From a virus (Duplodnaviria; Caudoviricetes), in the IMG/VR virus record IMGVR_UViG_3300013094_000065, positions 1 to 53,649 of that record: a stretch of 53,649 nucleotides of DNA; one strand, given 5' to 3'. Below, piece after piece: positions 40,189-50,462 of the stretch. Numbering within the stretch: the stretch's first letter is position 1; every line of letters starts with the position of its first letter. Below the pieces are notes generated by a model, which searched no databases, was not told the DNA's origin, and was given only the letters and a program-made list of their open reading frames with translations. Both the position numbers and the translations under genes were made by a program.

Positions 40189-40722
40189 TTAGGATATCTG
40201 TAATTCAACATGGTTGATATAAACACCGTCTCGGTGGGGATATCTTGGGTGTGCTTGGAATCTTAAAATTATTCCAAATGTTGGATCTACTATATCCTGT
40301 ATACTCAATTCTGTTTTCCATAAATCTGTCGGACCCCCATAATATTTTATTGGGTCCAAATTAAGTGTGCCGTAATTACTACCTATTTCAACATCGTTTA
40401 AACACAGTTGAACTGTTTCGTCTGTCACTCTGCCTCTTCTATTGGTTGTTAACCTTAGTTGTATTCCAGAAAATATTGTTGGCAAATTAACAAAATTAAA
40501 TCCGCAAAGTTTTAGATAAAAAGTTTTTGTTGTTAAATCAACTTTAGGAGCACGAGCTATATGCTGTAGGTGCCCTTTAGTGGATAGTGACCCGTAATTG
40601 GTAACTAATTGACTAAAATTTTGAGAATCGTCCCATGGAACATTTGATAATTCTAAACCTTGTTCAGCGCCAGGTTCATCATACTGCGTGATAATTGTTG
40701 GCGATGTCCAAAGTGTACTCAT
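40189..40722 (-). CDS. Hypothetical protein (probably virion-associated)
   Basis: 177-aa ORF with a GTAAATA motif 5 nt before the ATG. Confidence 0.6.
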   Translation of the reverse strand: MSTLWTSPTIITQYDEPGAEQGLELSNVPWDDSQNFSQLVTNYGSLSTKGHLQHIARAPKVDLTTKTFYLKLCGFNFVNLPTIFSGIQLRLTTNRRGRVTDETVQLCLNDVEIGSNYGTLNLDPIKYYGGPTDLWKTELSIQDIVDPTFGIILRFQAHPRYPHRDGVYINHVELQIS

Positions 40723-40760
40723 ACCAATATTTACCTAATCTGTTAGTATGCGTATAGAAT

Positions 40761-40787
40761 AAAAAAAGGGCTATTAGCCCTTTTTAT
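40761..40787. terminator. Intrinsic terminator, potentially bidirectional
   Basis: AAAAAAAGGGCTATTAGCCCTTTTT: inverted repeat flanked by A and T tracts, just after the 40805 stop. Confidence 0.85.
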
Positions 40788-40804
40788 TAAGTTACATATT
40801 CAAA

Positions 40805-41725
40805 TTAATTAGTTTGAATGCCAACCTTTGTACTTGTAGCATTAGCCCAACCAAATGCATAACCTACAACGCTGTCGTTAGCGAATTGCCAGCTAGATCC
40901 AGTGCCAGTCTTTCTCCACAAAGATACTTTGTGAGCTGTTAATTTTTGAACAGTATAGCTGTTACCTGCCAAGTCGTTGGCAACAATTTGCATAGTACCC
41001 ACAGTAACTGATGTTGCAGTTGTCAACTTGCATACTCCGCGAGCACTGCCAGTTCCCAAACCGTTTTGATCGTTTTCTACAACATAAGTTCTAGCGCCTT
41101 TTTGTTTTAGTATTGCTGACTTAACTGCGCTTGTTCCACCATTGGCTGCTGGAATCCATGCTGTTGTATAAATTGTACCTGTGTCAGTTTCTGCATGTGT
41201 CAACCCAGTTGTATATGTAAATCCAGAACCTATATCACTAAATGAAACATTTGTTGTAGTGTTTGAAGTGAAATTATATGTACCAGTTACACTTGTAGGG
41301 CCAACAACTGTAACATAGTTGCTACCAGGCATGCCAGGAGACCCATCCATTCTCATACCAACATAAATTCCAGTTGTAGTAATTCCTGAAATTACAGAAG
41401 TTGTTGTGCTTAATGTTGACAATACATTTACAGTTGCCGGTTTGTTAATAGTAACTGTTGGATTAGCATTGTACCCAGCGCCAGTATTACCAATTGCAGC
41501 AGATGAAATAACTCCAGTAGTTGTATTAATTACTAGTGTAACAGTTGCATTAACACCGTCATTTATGTTTGGTGTATTTGGTGCCGAAACTACGGCTGTA
41601 GCACCCTGTGAATAATGTGTACCACCATTGCTTAGTGTGAAAGTAACACCTTCATAGTTGACTGTATCAACAATTGTTTGTGATCCAGTTCTTACAAAAT
41701 ATTTTTTATTAATCGGACGTCCCAT
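40805..41725 (-). CDS. Virion structural protein (possible head decoration), Thr-rich
   Basis: Follows the major capsid gene; has its own TATAAATA promoter, AAGGAG RBS and terminator; GAGYNANPTVTI repeat-type motif. Confidence 0.6.
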   Translation of the reverse strand: MGRPINKKYFVRTGSQTIVDTVNYEGVTFTLSNGGTHYSQGATAVVSAPNTPNINDGVNATVTLVINTTTGVISSAAIGNTGAGYNANPTVTINKPATVNVLSTLSTTTSVISGITTTGIYVGMRMDGSPGMPGSNYVTVVGPTSVTGTYNFTSNTTTNVSFSDIGSGFTYTTGLTHAETDTGTIYTTAWIPAANGGTSAVKSAILKQKGARTYVVENDQNGLGTGSARGVCKLTTATSVTVGTMQIVANDLAGNSYTVQKLTAHKVSLWRKTGTGSSWQFANDSVVGYAFGWANATSTKVGIQTN

Positions 41726-41810
41726 TTTATTTCTCCTTAATTATTAGAACCGTTCTATGGCCTACGCGGATGGATTACCGCATAAACTCTCATTTAAGAG
41801 TGAACATTTA

Positions 41811-41818
41811 TATTTATA
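41811..41818 (-). promoter_or_regulatory. T4 late promoter TATAAATA
   Basis: Exact consensus (TATTTATA on +). Confidence 0.8.
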
Positions 41819-41828
41819 GATTAGTCAA

Positions 41829-41852
41829 CAAAAAGCCCACCTAAGTGGGCCT
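41829..41852 (-). terminator. Intrinsic terminator after the major capsid gene
   Basis: GCCCAC-ttag-GTGGGC stem followed by TTTTT on the - strand. Confidence 0.85.
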
Positions 41853-41883
41853 TTGTTTTGAAGTTTAATAATCTGTTTAAGGA

Positions 41884-43062
41884 TTATTGGAAACTTACGT
41901 TTGCGCTAGTGATAGCAACTTTACCTAAGTAGTCAGCTGCATTACCTAGAGAAGAAGCAGTGTTGCTTAATTCTACGTAACCGTAACGTGTTAGGAAGCC
42001 AACTACTGGCTCAAATGTTGCTGGATCTAGAACAACACCAGAACTCATTAAAGGAATATATGGGCAATAGAACGCTGCAGCATCTGCTTCGCTAGAACCT
42101 TTATATCCAACCAATACTTGGTTGATGTCTTGTCCTGTGTCGCTCATGTAAGCGTCAACATAAACACGCATAGCGCCATTCAATGTACCAACAAACTTGG
42201 TGTTTGTAGGAGCTTCAAATGTACCTTCTGTTGTACGAGCAAAAGCGCTTGTAGTAGCAGATTGCAGAATTGTCAATGCTTGATTAGAAACAACAGCCCA
42301 GTTACCTGCGCCACGACGTGTACGTTGAGCAATCAAGTTAGCTGTGCGGTTGATTTGAATAGCTAATGCAGCATGTTCGTCACCAACGAAAGTAGCTGTA
42401 CCAGAAACTAAACTTTGATCGTATGTTTGTTCAACACTTGCCAAGCTACGTAGGCTAGCTAGGATTTCTTGATCAATTTCAGTTGTGATTTCTTGTGCTA
42501 AAGCAGCCATGATTTCTGCTTCGATGTCAATGCCTTGTTGGCTTTGTGCATCTTGTGCAGCTTCAAAAGTCCAGCGAGCGCTTAGTTTACGTGACTTAGC
42601 TTCTACTGGGCTCTTTAAGATTTGGATACTCATACGCTTGCCTGGTTGACCCTCAAGCAAACTTGTTGTTGAAGCACCAGGTGTAGTATCAGTATTGTTA
42701 CCGCTATAAGCACTAGCAATCTTGAACGGACTCAATGCTTCCTCACCTGCTGTAACGTTATCGCCAGAATCAGCATAACGAACACGCAATGTGTGGATTT
42801 GGCCAACTGGACCAGTCATTGGTTGTACACCAATGATTTCGTTGGCAATAACTGTAGGCATTACACGACGGATAACAGGTAGAATAACACGGTTAAGTGT
42901 TGCTACGTTACCAGCACTTGTTGCACCAGCAGTTGCGCTCTCAGCCAAATACTTGCGAGTGTTTTCTAAGCAAACTTGCATAGAAGCACGACGAGTACCA
43001 GATAGGCCTTCAAGCAGAGCTTCTTTGGTCTCTGACCATCTTTCATTTAATAGTTGTGACAT
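41884..43062 (-). CDS. gp23: Major capsid protein
   Basis: IIGVQPMTGPVGQI, VEAKSRKLSARWTFEAAQD, EITTEIDQE, FYCPYIPL and TRYG are gp23 motifs. Confidence 0.97.
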   Translation of the reverse strand: MSQLLNERWSETKEALLEGLSGTRRASMQVCLENTRKYLAESATAGATSAGNVATLNRVILPVIRRVMPTVIANEIIGVQPMTGPVGQIHTLRVRYADSGDNVTAGEEALSPFKIASAYSGNNTDTTPGASTTSLLEGQPGKRMSIQILKSPVEAKSRKLSARWTFEAAQDAQSQQGIDIEAEIMAALAQEITTEIDQEILASLRSLASVEQTYDQSLVSGTATFVGDEHAALAIQINRTANLIAQRTRRGAGNWAVVSNQALTILQSATTSAFARTTEGTFEAPTNTKFVGTLNGAMRVYVDAYMSDTGQDINQVLVGYKGSSEADAAAFYCPYIPLMSSGVVLDPATFEPVVGFLTRYGYVELSNTASSLGNAADYLGKVAITSANVSFQ

Positions 43063-43084
43063 TTATTGTCTCCTTGAATATAAA

Positions 43085-44176
43085 TTATTTTAAACCCGCT
43101 AATTTGCGGATATCTAAAATATTGTCTAAGCCTACCTCGGCTTTTATTTCACGATTTCCAGTTACTTCGGTACCCTCACTTAATACAACCTTTTTAGGAG
43201 CTGTGTTACGTGATCGTCCTTCCATTACTGCTGGTAGGTATTTGTCGAATGATTCTGTAAGTTTCTGAGTCTTGGTAGACTCGAGAAGATCTTTCATAAT
43301 CTCTCTTTTATCAGCACTTAATGGTGCCAACAGCTCGGCCATAACAGTTTTACGTTCCATTAAATCTTTTGTTACGCGGATTTCTCTTTGTGTAGATTCA
43401 ATTAGTTGCGTTTTTTCTGCTACGACTTGTTTTGATTCAACTAATTCACGATCCTTCTTTTCAATAATCTTCAACAATTTACTTGTTTCGGATTTTTCAT
43501 TCAAGAATGAACTAGCGAATTCCTGGGCAAATGATTCATAGATCTTACGACCAAAGTCATTGTTACGTGCGCTATCGATATCTTCTTTCAATTGCTTGAT
43601 TTCATTTGTCAATTTCTTAGTAACAGTTCCCTCAACTACCTTGGCGGCACGTTGAATGAAGCTTTGCTTAATTTCCTCAAATTTGTTTTTGGCTTCACTA
43701 ACTAGCTTGACTTTTGTTTCGGCTAGGTCTTTCTTGTCAATTACAAATTCATTGATTTCTTTGGCTAGAGCATGTACTACAAAATTCTCTAGCTTGGCAA
43801 AATTCTCGGATACTTTTTTACGGTCTCCTTGAAATTCAACCAACTCTTTCCCCAATTGCTTGATTACAAATCCTTCTAACTTTTTAGCATCTTCTGTCAT
43901 CTTTTTATGATACTCAGTTTTTGCTTCTGATAGAGCTTGTTTGTCTTCATGCAATTCACTCATCTCTGCGCTCAATCTCTCACTTAACATCTTGTCAACT
44001 GCTTCAATAATAAGACCTTTATCTTGGTTATATTTTTGAGCAAATTCTTCACGAAGTTCAGCGGTCACTTGTTCGCGATTCTCTTGAATCTTTTGTGCAA
44101 AAGCAGATTCGACAACTGATTTTGTCTCCTCTGTCATTACACCTGACTCAACTAATTGTTTGAATGCGTCCAACAT
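43085..44176 (-). CDS. gp22: Prohead core scaffolding protein
   Basis: Coiled-coil E/K-rich protein between protease and capsid genes; GRKIYESF. Confidence 0.8.
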   Translation of the reverse strand: MLDAFKQLVESGVMTEETKSVVESAFAQKIQENREQVTAELREEFAQKYNQDKGLIIEAVDKMLSERLSAEMSELHEDKQALSEAKTEYHKKMTEDAKKLEGFVIKQLGKELVEFQGDRKKVSENFAKLENFVVHALAKEINEFVIDKKDLAETKVKLVSEAKNKFEEIKQSFIQRAAKVVEGTVTKKLTNEIKQLKEDIDSARNNDFGRKIYESFAQEFASSFLNEKSETSKLLKIIEKKDRELVESKQVVAEKTQLIESTQREIRVTKDLMERKTVMAELLAPLSADKREIMKDLLESTKTQKLTESFDKYLPAVMEGRSRNTAPKKVVLSEGTEVTGNREIKAEVGLDNILDIRKLAGLK

Positions 44177-44192
44177 CTATTTCTCCTCGGGC

Positions 44193-44822
44193 TTATTTTA
44201 GACCTTTAATAATATTCAAGAGTGATTCCTGAAGATATTTCTGGGCCTTTGGATCTTCTTTTACTTCTTGTGCTACACGAAACGCTCTATTCCCGCCACG
44301 AGCATTCATTAAATGTTCGTAAACCGGAGTAGGATATGCTCCCGGAGCACTGGGCTGGGCAACTACATCTACTGTGATAATCTCAAAATCGGATACATGG
44401 CCAGTACTGTCATTGACATTGCCACTACCACGAGAACTCACGCCAAGTTTTACACCTGATTCGAGCATAGTACGAATTAGTTGTCCCATTGGCGTAGGTA
44501 AAATTTTCATTTTACCATAGCCATTTGGACCTTCCATCCACATCTGAGTAATCATATGGGATACACGGTCTAAATTTACTTTTAAATCATCAGGATGATC
44601 TACTTCACCTAAAACACTATAACCATTTTTAATTTGATCATTAAGTGTAGCAACTGCACGATCAATTTCGTCCACTGGGTAGACACGTTGATTTGCATTA
44701 CGTATTCCACCTTGAATAGCAATACCTTTTAAGTAAAGGCTTTTGCCGTCGTTGTCATCTGACTCCATCACGATACCAGATTGATCAAAACTCAGGTGTT
44801 CACGTAAGTAAGAATATTGCAT
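44193..44822 (-). CDS. gp21: Prohead core protease
   Basis: NANQRVYP, LGEVDHP, LGVSSRGSG, VDVVAQPSAPGAY. Confidence 0.95.
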   Translation of the reverse strand: MQYSYLREHLSFDQSGIVMESDDNDGKSLYLKGIAIQGGIRNANQRVYPVDEIDRAVATLNDQIKNGYSVLGEVDHPDDLKVNLDRVSHMITQMWMEGPNGYGKMKILPTPMGQLIRTMLESGVKLGVSSRGSGNVNDSTGHVSDFEIITVDVVAQPSAPGAYPTPVYEHLMNARGGNRAFRVAQEVKEDPKAQKYLQESLLNIIKGLK

Positions 44823-44836
44823 CCTGTTTTCTCTAA

Positions 44837-45805
44837 TTAATTAATTTTACGATCAACTACAGATTTAGTGTTTCTTTCGCCTTGGTTTTCATTGTCACCT
44901 GTACGGGCTCCAACATTTAAACCTTTAGGACTAGTTTGTTCACCTTTACCGTAGTCAGCAACTTTTTTCAAGTTTTTAACACCAGCTTTTCCGCCTGGCA
45001 TGCTATTGGTTTCCCAATCTTTACCAGTAAACTGTTCACTCTTTTCTGGAGTAATACCACGGTTTACTTTGCCTGGGCTTGTTCCAACGTTGCTTTGACC
45101 TTCGTCTCCGCCTTGACCAATATTTTTAGCATCAGCACCAGTTGTTGGCTTACCTTTACCAGAACTTACCGGGCTACGACCTTCTACAGGAGCACTGTCT
45201 TTATCACCTGTACCAGCACCTAAGTATTGACCTTGTGATTTTTGTGTACCAGACTTGTCCCAGTCGTTTCCAACTTTCTCAACGTATTCACGTGTCATAC
45301 GGCGGCCTTCCATTGGCATTCCCATCATGTCTTCGTCGGCATCTTCATCATCTTCTTCATCATCTTCGGAATCATCAAAACCCATTTCAGCTTTTTCACC
45401 TTCTTGAGCCGCTTCTAATTCTGCAAATGCAGCTTCTAATTCTTGAATAGCATGTTTAATGTCCATGATTGCAGTATCTTCATCTTTTTCATGATCTGGC
45501 ATTTCTTGTTCATCATCAGCATTCATACCAATTGATTTTCCAAATTCATCAGTGTCGTCACCTTCTGCCCCGCCTTCAAATCCGTCATCGGCTTCCATGC
45601 TGTACGCATCTTCTAATTCCGTAGACTCATCAACTTCTGTATCTTCGTCTTCGGCTTCATCCATTTCCTCATCTTCTTCTTCAGCGATAAGATTTTCATA
45701 AATTGTGCGTGACTTTTCTACAACGATCTCATGAAAAAGTTCATTGGCCTTTTCGTGATTTTCGTTAACAAGATAGTCTAATAATTGTTCAAATTTTGTT
45801 GACAT
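44837..45805 (-). CDS. Acidic prohead core / internal protein
   Basis: Very D/E-rich, in the position of T4 gp67/gp68 between portal and protease; AGGAG RBS. Confidence 0.6.
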   Translation of the reverse strand: MSTKFEQLLDYLVNENHEKANELFHEIVVEKSRTIYENLIAEEEDEEMDEAEDEDTEVDESTELEDAYSMEADDGFEGGAEGDDTDEFGKSIGMNADDEQEMPDHEKDEDTAIMDIKHAIQELEAAFAELEAAQEGEKAEMGFDDSEDDEEDDEDADEDMMGMPMEGRRMTREYVEKVGNDWDKSGTQKSQGQYLGAGTGDKDSAPVEGRSPVSSGKGKPTTGADAKNIGQGGDEGQSNVGTSPGKVNRGITPEKSEQFTGKDWETNSMPGGKAGVKNLKKVADYGKGEQTSPKGLNVGARTGDNENQGERNTKSVVDRKIN

Positions 45806-45847
45806 TTTTGTGTTTCTCCTATTAGGTTAGCGGCAATGCTATACCTA

Positions 45848-45854
45848 TATTTAC
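45848..45854 (-). promoter_or_regulatory. Late promoter-like GTAAATA for the head operon
   Basis: TATTTAC followed on the - strand by a hairpin and the RBS; a second CTAAATA lies at 45941-45947. Confidence 0.55.
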
Positions 45855-45961
45855 AAGGACAGTTAAATAGATGCGTGAAATGTGCCAAAAAACGCCGGTT
45901 TTGACTTATTTGTGACAGAGTTTAGTCTGTTTTATTAAATTATTTAGTGTTTGATATAAAA

Positions 45962-46207
45962 TTACATAGGCCCAGCTTCTGGAGGAGGCGTGGCATACAT
46001 TTTTCTAGTCAACCCTAATTCTTGTTTCTTTTCTTTTTCCCGAGCATCTCCGGCTTTACGCAGATCGTTGAGCATACCTAAAGTTAGCCGAGTTTTTCTC
46101 AGGTCTGTATTTTTTAAAATGCCGGTGTCGTTTTGACTTAGATAACGATCGTCCTCTTGAGGTGCTTCGTTTTCTTTATCAAAATACATAAATTCTCGTA
46201 GTATCAT
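45962..46207 (-). CDS. Small hypothetical head-module protein (start revised to ATG 46207)
   Basis: MILREF...RKTRLTL...MYA; ATAAATA at 46215-46221 lies just upstream. Confidence 0.65.
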   Translation of the reverse strand: MILREFMYFDKENEAPQEDDRYLSQNDTGILKNTDLRKTRLTLGMLNDLRKAGDAREKEKKQELGLTRKMYATPPPEAGPM

Positions 46208-46224
46208 GGTCAAGTATTTATCGA

Positions 46225-47970
46225 TTATTGTGTAGATTGTCCGCCAGCTTCGCCGGTATCGGCACCAGTAGCAGGACTCATGGAACCATCTGTTTGCTCG
46301 GTCTGATCCATTTCAGGCGGTGCCGTATTGTTACCCAAACTACTGATATCGCCGGACATACCATTTGCAGTAATGCCAGCATTGCGTAATTCAGTATTGG
46401 CACCTAATTTGGTATCAGTGTCGATATTTTCTTCTTTCCATAAAGATTCATTCTCTGTGACCTCCTCTGCTGTCAATCCCAGGAAGCGTTTTAACGCAAA
46501 TCTCTTTGAAATCAGAGGGATAGCTACCATTGTATTAAAAGTGTTAACGCGAGCAGTGTCCATTTCTGCTTGACGATATGTCGCAAAGTTTTGCGGAGGA
46601 TTAAATTTAAGGTCAAAAATATTACTATCTATATTGATACCTTTGTTATGTAGGTACAGCTTAAACTCAAGATCAAACGGCTCATTCATCAATGATTGCA
46701 ATCGTTCGCAGTATTTGTTAAATCTCAATTCCTGGATGTATGCTGTTCCAACTCTACCATCATTAAAATTGCTTCCTCCGTCGTCTGACCCGGTAGGAAG
46801 ATAACTTGAAGGTATACGTAAAGCACGAAACAATTTATTAGTAAAATACTTGAGATCATCTATTTCCCCTAAATTTGTACCCCCGGGAAGAATTTCAACT
46901 TTGCTACCTCTTCCCTCTGATGTTTGTGGAAAGAAGTAATCCTCATTCACAGAGAGGGGATTATAACTTGCGTCAATCACGCTTTGACTTCCACCAGTGG
47001 TACTGGGAATTCTACGTTGATTTACTTCATTTTTAACACGTTCAACAAAGCTCATGGCCAAGTGACTGGGCATGTTGCCCACATCAATATAAAATACTCT
47101 ACGCTCAGGAGCACGTTGTATACGATAGATTAAAATGGCATCTTCTAACAATTCTTTTTGTTTGAATACTTTAAAAATACTTTCCATCAAACTATTACCA
47201 AATGGATAGTTACTGTCCAATCCTTCACTCATACTGATATGAATCACGTGTTTAGCATTAATTGCGTATTGGTTTTGATTATGACTAAATCTACTACTGT
47301 TGGCTCCGGTAGGATAACTGCCAACCATGCCTCTTGAGCCTCCGGCGCCACCCTGCCCCGATCCATAACTACCGCCAAATTGACTACCACCGCCGGTTAC
47401 ATTACTGGGTTGAATTGCAGTAGTTGCCAGTGTTTCAAAGTTGGGATTGAAGTCTCGAATAAAATACTGCTCGGGTTTTTTACCATCGCTTTCATTAACA
47501 ATAATCCTATCCAACTTGGCGGGATCTACGTACATCCATGCTTGTGTTTCTGGATCTCGAACAAAAATGCTATCGCCATATTTAAATGCGTTACGCACAA
47601 TTTTAAATATGCGTACAGGAAATTTGTTTAGTTTGCTCCACTGTTGCAGATATTTTTTAATGATTTTGATTTCAGTGTTGGTGGCTTGTTCTTTGAAATA
47701 AATTTGGAAAGGGGTTCCATTTTCTTCATTTGTTTGACTGCAAAATTCAGCCAAAATATCAAATGCCGCGTTAACTTCACTATCGCTATCCATGGTGTCA
47801 TATTGACCGTATCGCTCTAAACGATTGGGATGACCGGCATAAACATCTGGCAAATAGCTGGAGTAGTTGGTGCGGCTAGGATTACTACTTCCCGCGGTAC
47901 TCATGCTACCGCTTACAGGACTTAGTTTTCCTGAAAGATTAACCGGGGTAAAATAACGTTTCCATGACAT
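46225..47970 (-). CDS. gp20: Portal vertex protein
   Basis: LLEDAILIYRIQRAPERRVFYIDVGNMP, EDYFFP, ILPGGTNLGEIDDLKYF, ALRIPSS, ELRFNKY. Confidence 0.96.
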   Translation of the reverse strand: MSWKRYFTPVNLSGKLSPVSGSMSTAGSSNPSRTNYSSYLPDVYAGHPNRLERYGQYDTMDSDSEVNAAFDILAEFCSQTNEENGTPFQIYFKEQATNTEIKIIKKYLQQWSKLNKFPVRIFKIVRNAFKYGDSIFVRDPETQAWMYVDPAKLDRIIVNESDGKKPEQYFIRDFNPNFETLATTAIQPSNVTGGGSQFGGSYGSGQGGAGGSRGMVGSYPTGANSSRFSHNQNQYAINAKHVIHISMSEGLDSNYPFGNSLMESIFKVFKQKELLEDAILIYRIQRAPERRVFYIDVGNMPSHLAMSFVERVKNEVNQRRIPSTTGGSQSVIDASYNPLSVNEDYFFPQTSEGRGSKVEILPGGTNLGEIDDLKYFTNKLFRALRIPSSYLPTGSDDGGSNFNDGRVGTAYIQELRFNKYCERLQSLMNEPFDLEFKLYLHNKGINIDSNIFDLKFNPPQNFATYRQAEMDTARVNTFNTMVAIPLISKRFALKRFLGLTAEEVTENESLWKEENIDTDTKLGANTELRNAGITANGMSGDISSLGNNTAPPEMDQTEQTDGSMSPATGADTGEAGGQSTQ

Positions 47971-47983
47971 AATTTATATTCTC

Positions 47984-50377
47984 TTAGTTAGTTAGATAAT
48001 TACCATTTAATTTTTTTATTGCCGAAACAGTGTTACTGGTATTTTCTGACGTAGCAGACATGTATCGAACCAATGCTGCCATGTTAGTATTTAACTGAGC
48101 TACCAATTGTCGAAACTCTTTTTGATCAGTGCTGGTATTGCTGTTTGCTGATAAAGTTTGGCTTGCCAATTTGGATACTTCTGCAGATACCTGTGGCTTT
48201 TTCATCAGTTCTGTTACTCGATCTGCTTTGGCCACATCAATAGAAGCAACGGCTGCGCCAAATGCCATATAGCCTTGACCAAATGCTTGCAGTGCTGGCC
48301 CAAGAACCGTTAAATCTGCTATACTGCCTTTTAATCTAGAAACACTGTCTATAATAACACTTATGGTATCTTTCTTTCCAACACTACTCATAACTCCGTT
48401 AAGTATGCTACCTAGAATGTTGCCTGCCGCAGCCAACGGACTGCCTACGCCAAATGCGGCCAATGCTAAACCTAATGCGCCAATTCCTTTGGCCGCATCT
48501 ACTAATTTGCCGCCCTCAATTTTAGCAAACGATCCAAATCCTTCAGCAAGAGTCGGTAGTGTTTTTCCTACCAGCCATGTTGCACCTGCAATGGCTGCTC
48601 CTACCTGAATAATAACTGCGGCAATAGCTGTTCCGCCTAAAGCAATTTCTGGAGCCAATGCCCCAAGTCCAGCGATGGCTAACCCAACTTCTTCAATAGT
48701 AGCGGCAACTCCCAGCCCTTTTGCAGCAGTACCAGCCGCTCCGGCAGCTCCAGTAACTCCTTGAGCCACTGAGCCGGCAGCCGATGCCCCGCCTAAAGCA
48801 GTCCGTACTGTATTATAGCCATTAAGCACGCCTATCACTGTTTTCATAGTACCCAGCGCAATAACAACGCCAATAATAGTTTCCACTAATCCTTCCATGT
48901 GATTTTTAAAAGTGTTACTAAACCAATCAATAACGCCAGTAAACACTTTTACAAAAGTTGTAACTAATGGTAGTGATGCATTTACCAAGTTGTTAATTGC
49001 TTCTGTAAAATTTTTTCTAGCTTCTTGTATCTCTTTCTGTCTTTTAATTTCGTCTGCGGCTTCACCAGTTTGTCGTTTGGCGTTGGCTTCTTCTCTTTCT
49101 ATTTCCTTTTCTCTTATACCTGCAAGAGTATTTTGTCCAGTCATCTGATCATCGGCTGCTCGAATAGCCGCGTCGCCAATTTTATCATAAACACCACCAA
49201 CAGTGCCCAATGCTCCGGCAAATTGTTTTAATTCCTGAGTGTTGTGAACTCTACTTTGATTTTCTAAATTTTGTATTTCGGCACTTTTATTACCGGTTCT
49301 TTGAATAGTGCTATAAAATTGACCTATGTCTCTAGCTGCCTGTGGGGCCAAAGCTGACAATTGTTTACCAGCTTCACCGGTTACTGCTCGACCCTGAGCA
49401 GCCGCAATAACAAGGTCCTCGCCGGCTTTTCCATATAATGCTTTACCCCTAGCCATAGCTGCATCAAATGATGTGCGATCCTTTTCGCTTAATGATGCTC
49501 TGAACATTTCAATGTCGGCTTTACGCATAGTTTCTTTTAAATCTTTAGCTTGTTGTTCTCGTGTTTTACCAGTTATGTCAGCTAATCGATCTAATTCTTC
49601 CATATAGGACGCGGCTGAATTTATTAGTTGCGAAGAATTTTCCAACTCACGTGTTGTTCGACCACCAGATATTGAAATATAATCAATAAGACCTTGGCTA
49701 AGTTGCTCAGACGTAAAGCCCAAATTCATCAATCGTGTACCAACATCGCTATTAATTAATTCTGCTCCAAGTCGCTTAAATGCCGCGGCACCGGCATTAG
49801 CACCACCGCCCAATAAAGTAAACTCTTGACTGTTCCTAGTCATTAGATCAGTAAATTGGTCCATAGTTAGGTACAAATCCGAAGCGGATTGCCTTAATTC
49901 AGTCAGCGAACCACCAAGATTAATGCCAGCATTGGTTAATTTTTGATAACTTGCTAAATTGTCTTCTTGGTATTTGGCAACTCTTGACAACCCCGATGCC
50001 ACCAAACCTATACCAAATGGCAAGGTACTAAATGCCATCATCACGTCGCTGGATTTTGCTGTGCCTGCTATTAGTTTAGATAGGGCAGTGTCTAGTGAGT
50101 TAAATATAGGGGCTACTTTAGAAATACCCCGTTCAAATAAATTTAATGCTACATTGGTTTTTTCTAATTTGGTAAGTTGTTCGGCAACTTGATTGTTGAG
50201 ATTATCCCAAGCGTCTTTATCAAACAATCCGCCCTCGATGCCTAATTTTTTTAGTTGATCTAGAGTTTGTTTATTAGCAACCATAGAGCTGGCTAATAAT
50301 AATTTTAACGTGGCTTCGGTTGCCGCGTTGTTTAATTCAACATCTTCATTACCGATTCGACCGTATACATCTGTCAT
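47984..50377 (-). CDS. Tape measure protein (probable)
   Basis: Long helical Ala/Gly-rich protein with hydrophobic stretches; next to the gp26-like gene. Confidence 0.65.
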   Translation of the reverse strand: MTDVYGRIGNEDVELNNAATEATLKLLLASSMVANKQTLDQLKKLGIEGGLFDKDAWDNLNNQVAEQLTKLEKTNVALNLFERGISKVAPIFNSLDTALSKLIAGTAKSSDVMMAFSTLPFGIGLVASGLSRVAKYQEDNLASYQKLTNAGINLGGSLTELRQSASDLYLTMDQFTDLMTRNSQEFTLLGGGANAGAAAFKRLGAELINSDVGTRLMNLGFTSEQLSQGLIDYISISGGRTTRELENSSQLINSAASYMEELDRLADITGKTREQQAKDLKETMRKADIEMFRASLSEKDRTSFDAAMARGKALYGKAGEDLVIAAAQGRAVTGEAGKQLSALAPQAARDIGQFYSTIQRTGNKSAEIQNLENQSRVHNTQELKQFAGALGTVGGVYDKIGDAAIRAADDQMTGQNTLAGIREKEIEREEANAKRQTGEAADEIKRQKEIQEARKNFTEAINNLVNASLPLVTTFVKVFTGVIDWFSNTFKNHMEGLVETIIGVVIALGTMKTVIGVLNGYNTVRTALGGASAAGSVAQGVTGAAGAAGTAAKGLGVAATIEEVGLAIAGLGALAPEIALGGTAIAAVIIQVGAAIAGATWLVGKTLPTLAEGFGSFAKIEGGKLVDAAKGIGALGLALAAFGVGSPLAAAGNILGSILNGVMSSVGKKDTISVIIDSVSRLKGSIADLTVLGPALQAFGQGYMAFGAAVASIDVAKADRVTELMKKPQVSAEVSKLASQTLSANSNTSTDQKEFRQLVAQLNTNMAALVRYMSATSENTSNTVSAIKKLNGNYLTN

Positions 50378-50401
50378 TGTTAATCCCGAGTTTTCTGCGT
50401 A

Positions 50402-50448
50402 TATAAATACTACAAATAAGATAACCGTACTATCTTAAACTTATTTAT
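50402..50448. promoter_or_regulatory. Overlapping divergent late promoters (TATAAATA + at 50402-50409; ATAAATA - at 50442-50448)
   Basis: Consensus motifs in the gap between the divergent tape measure and gp26-like genes. Confidence 0.7.
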
Positions 50449-50462
50449 TCGGAGAAAGAACC

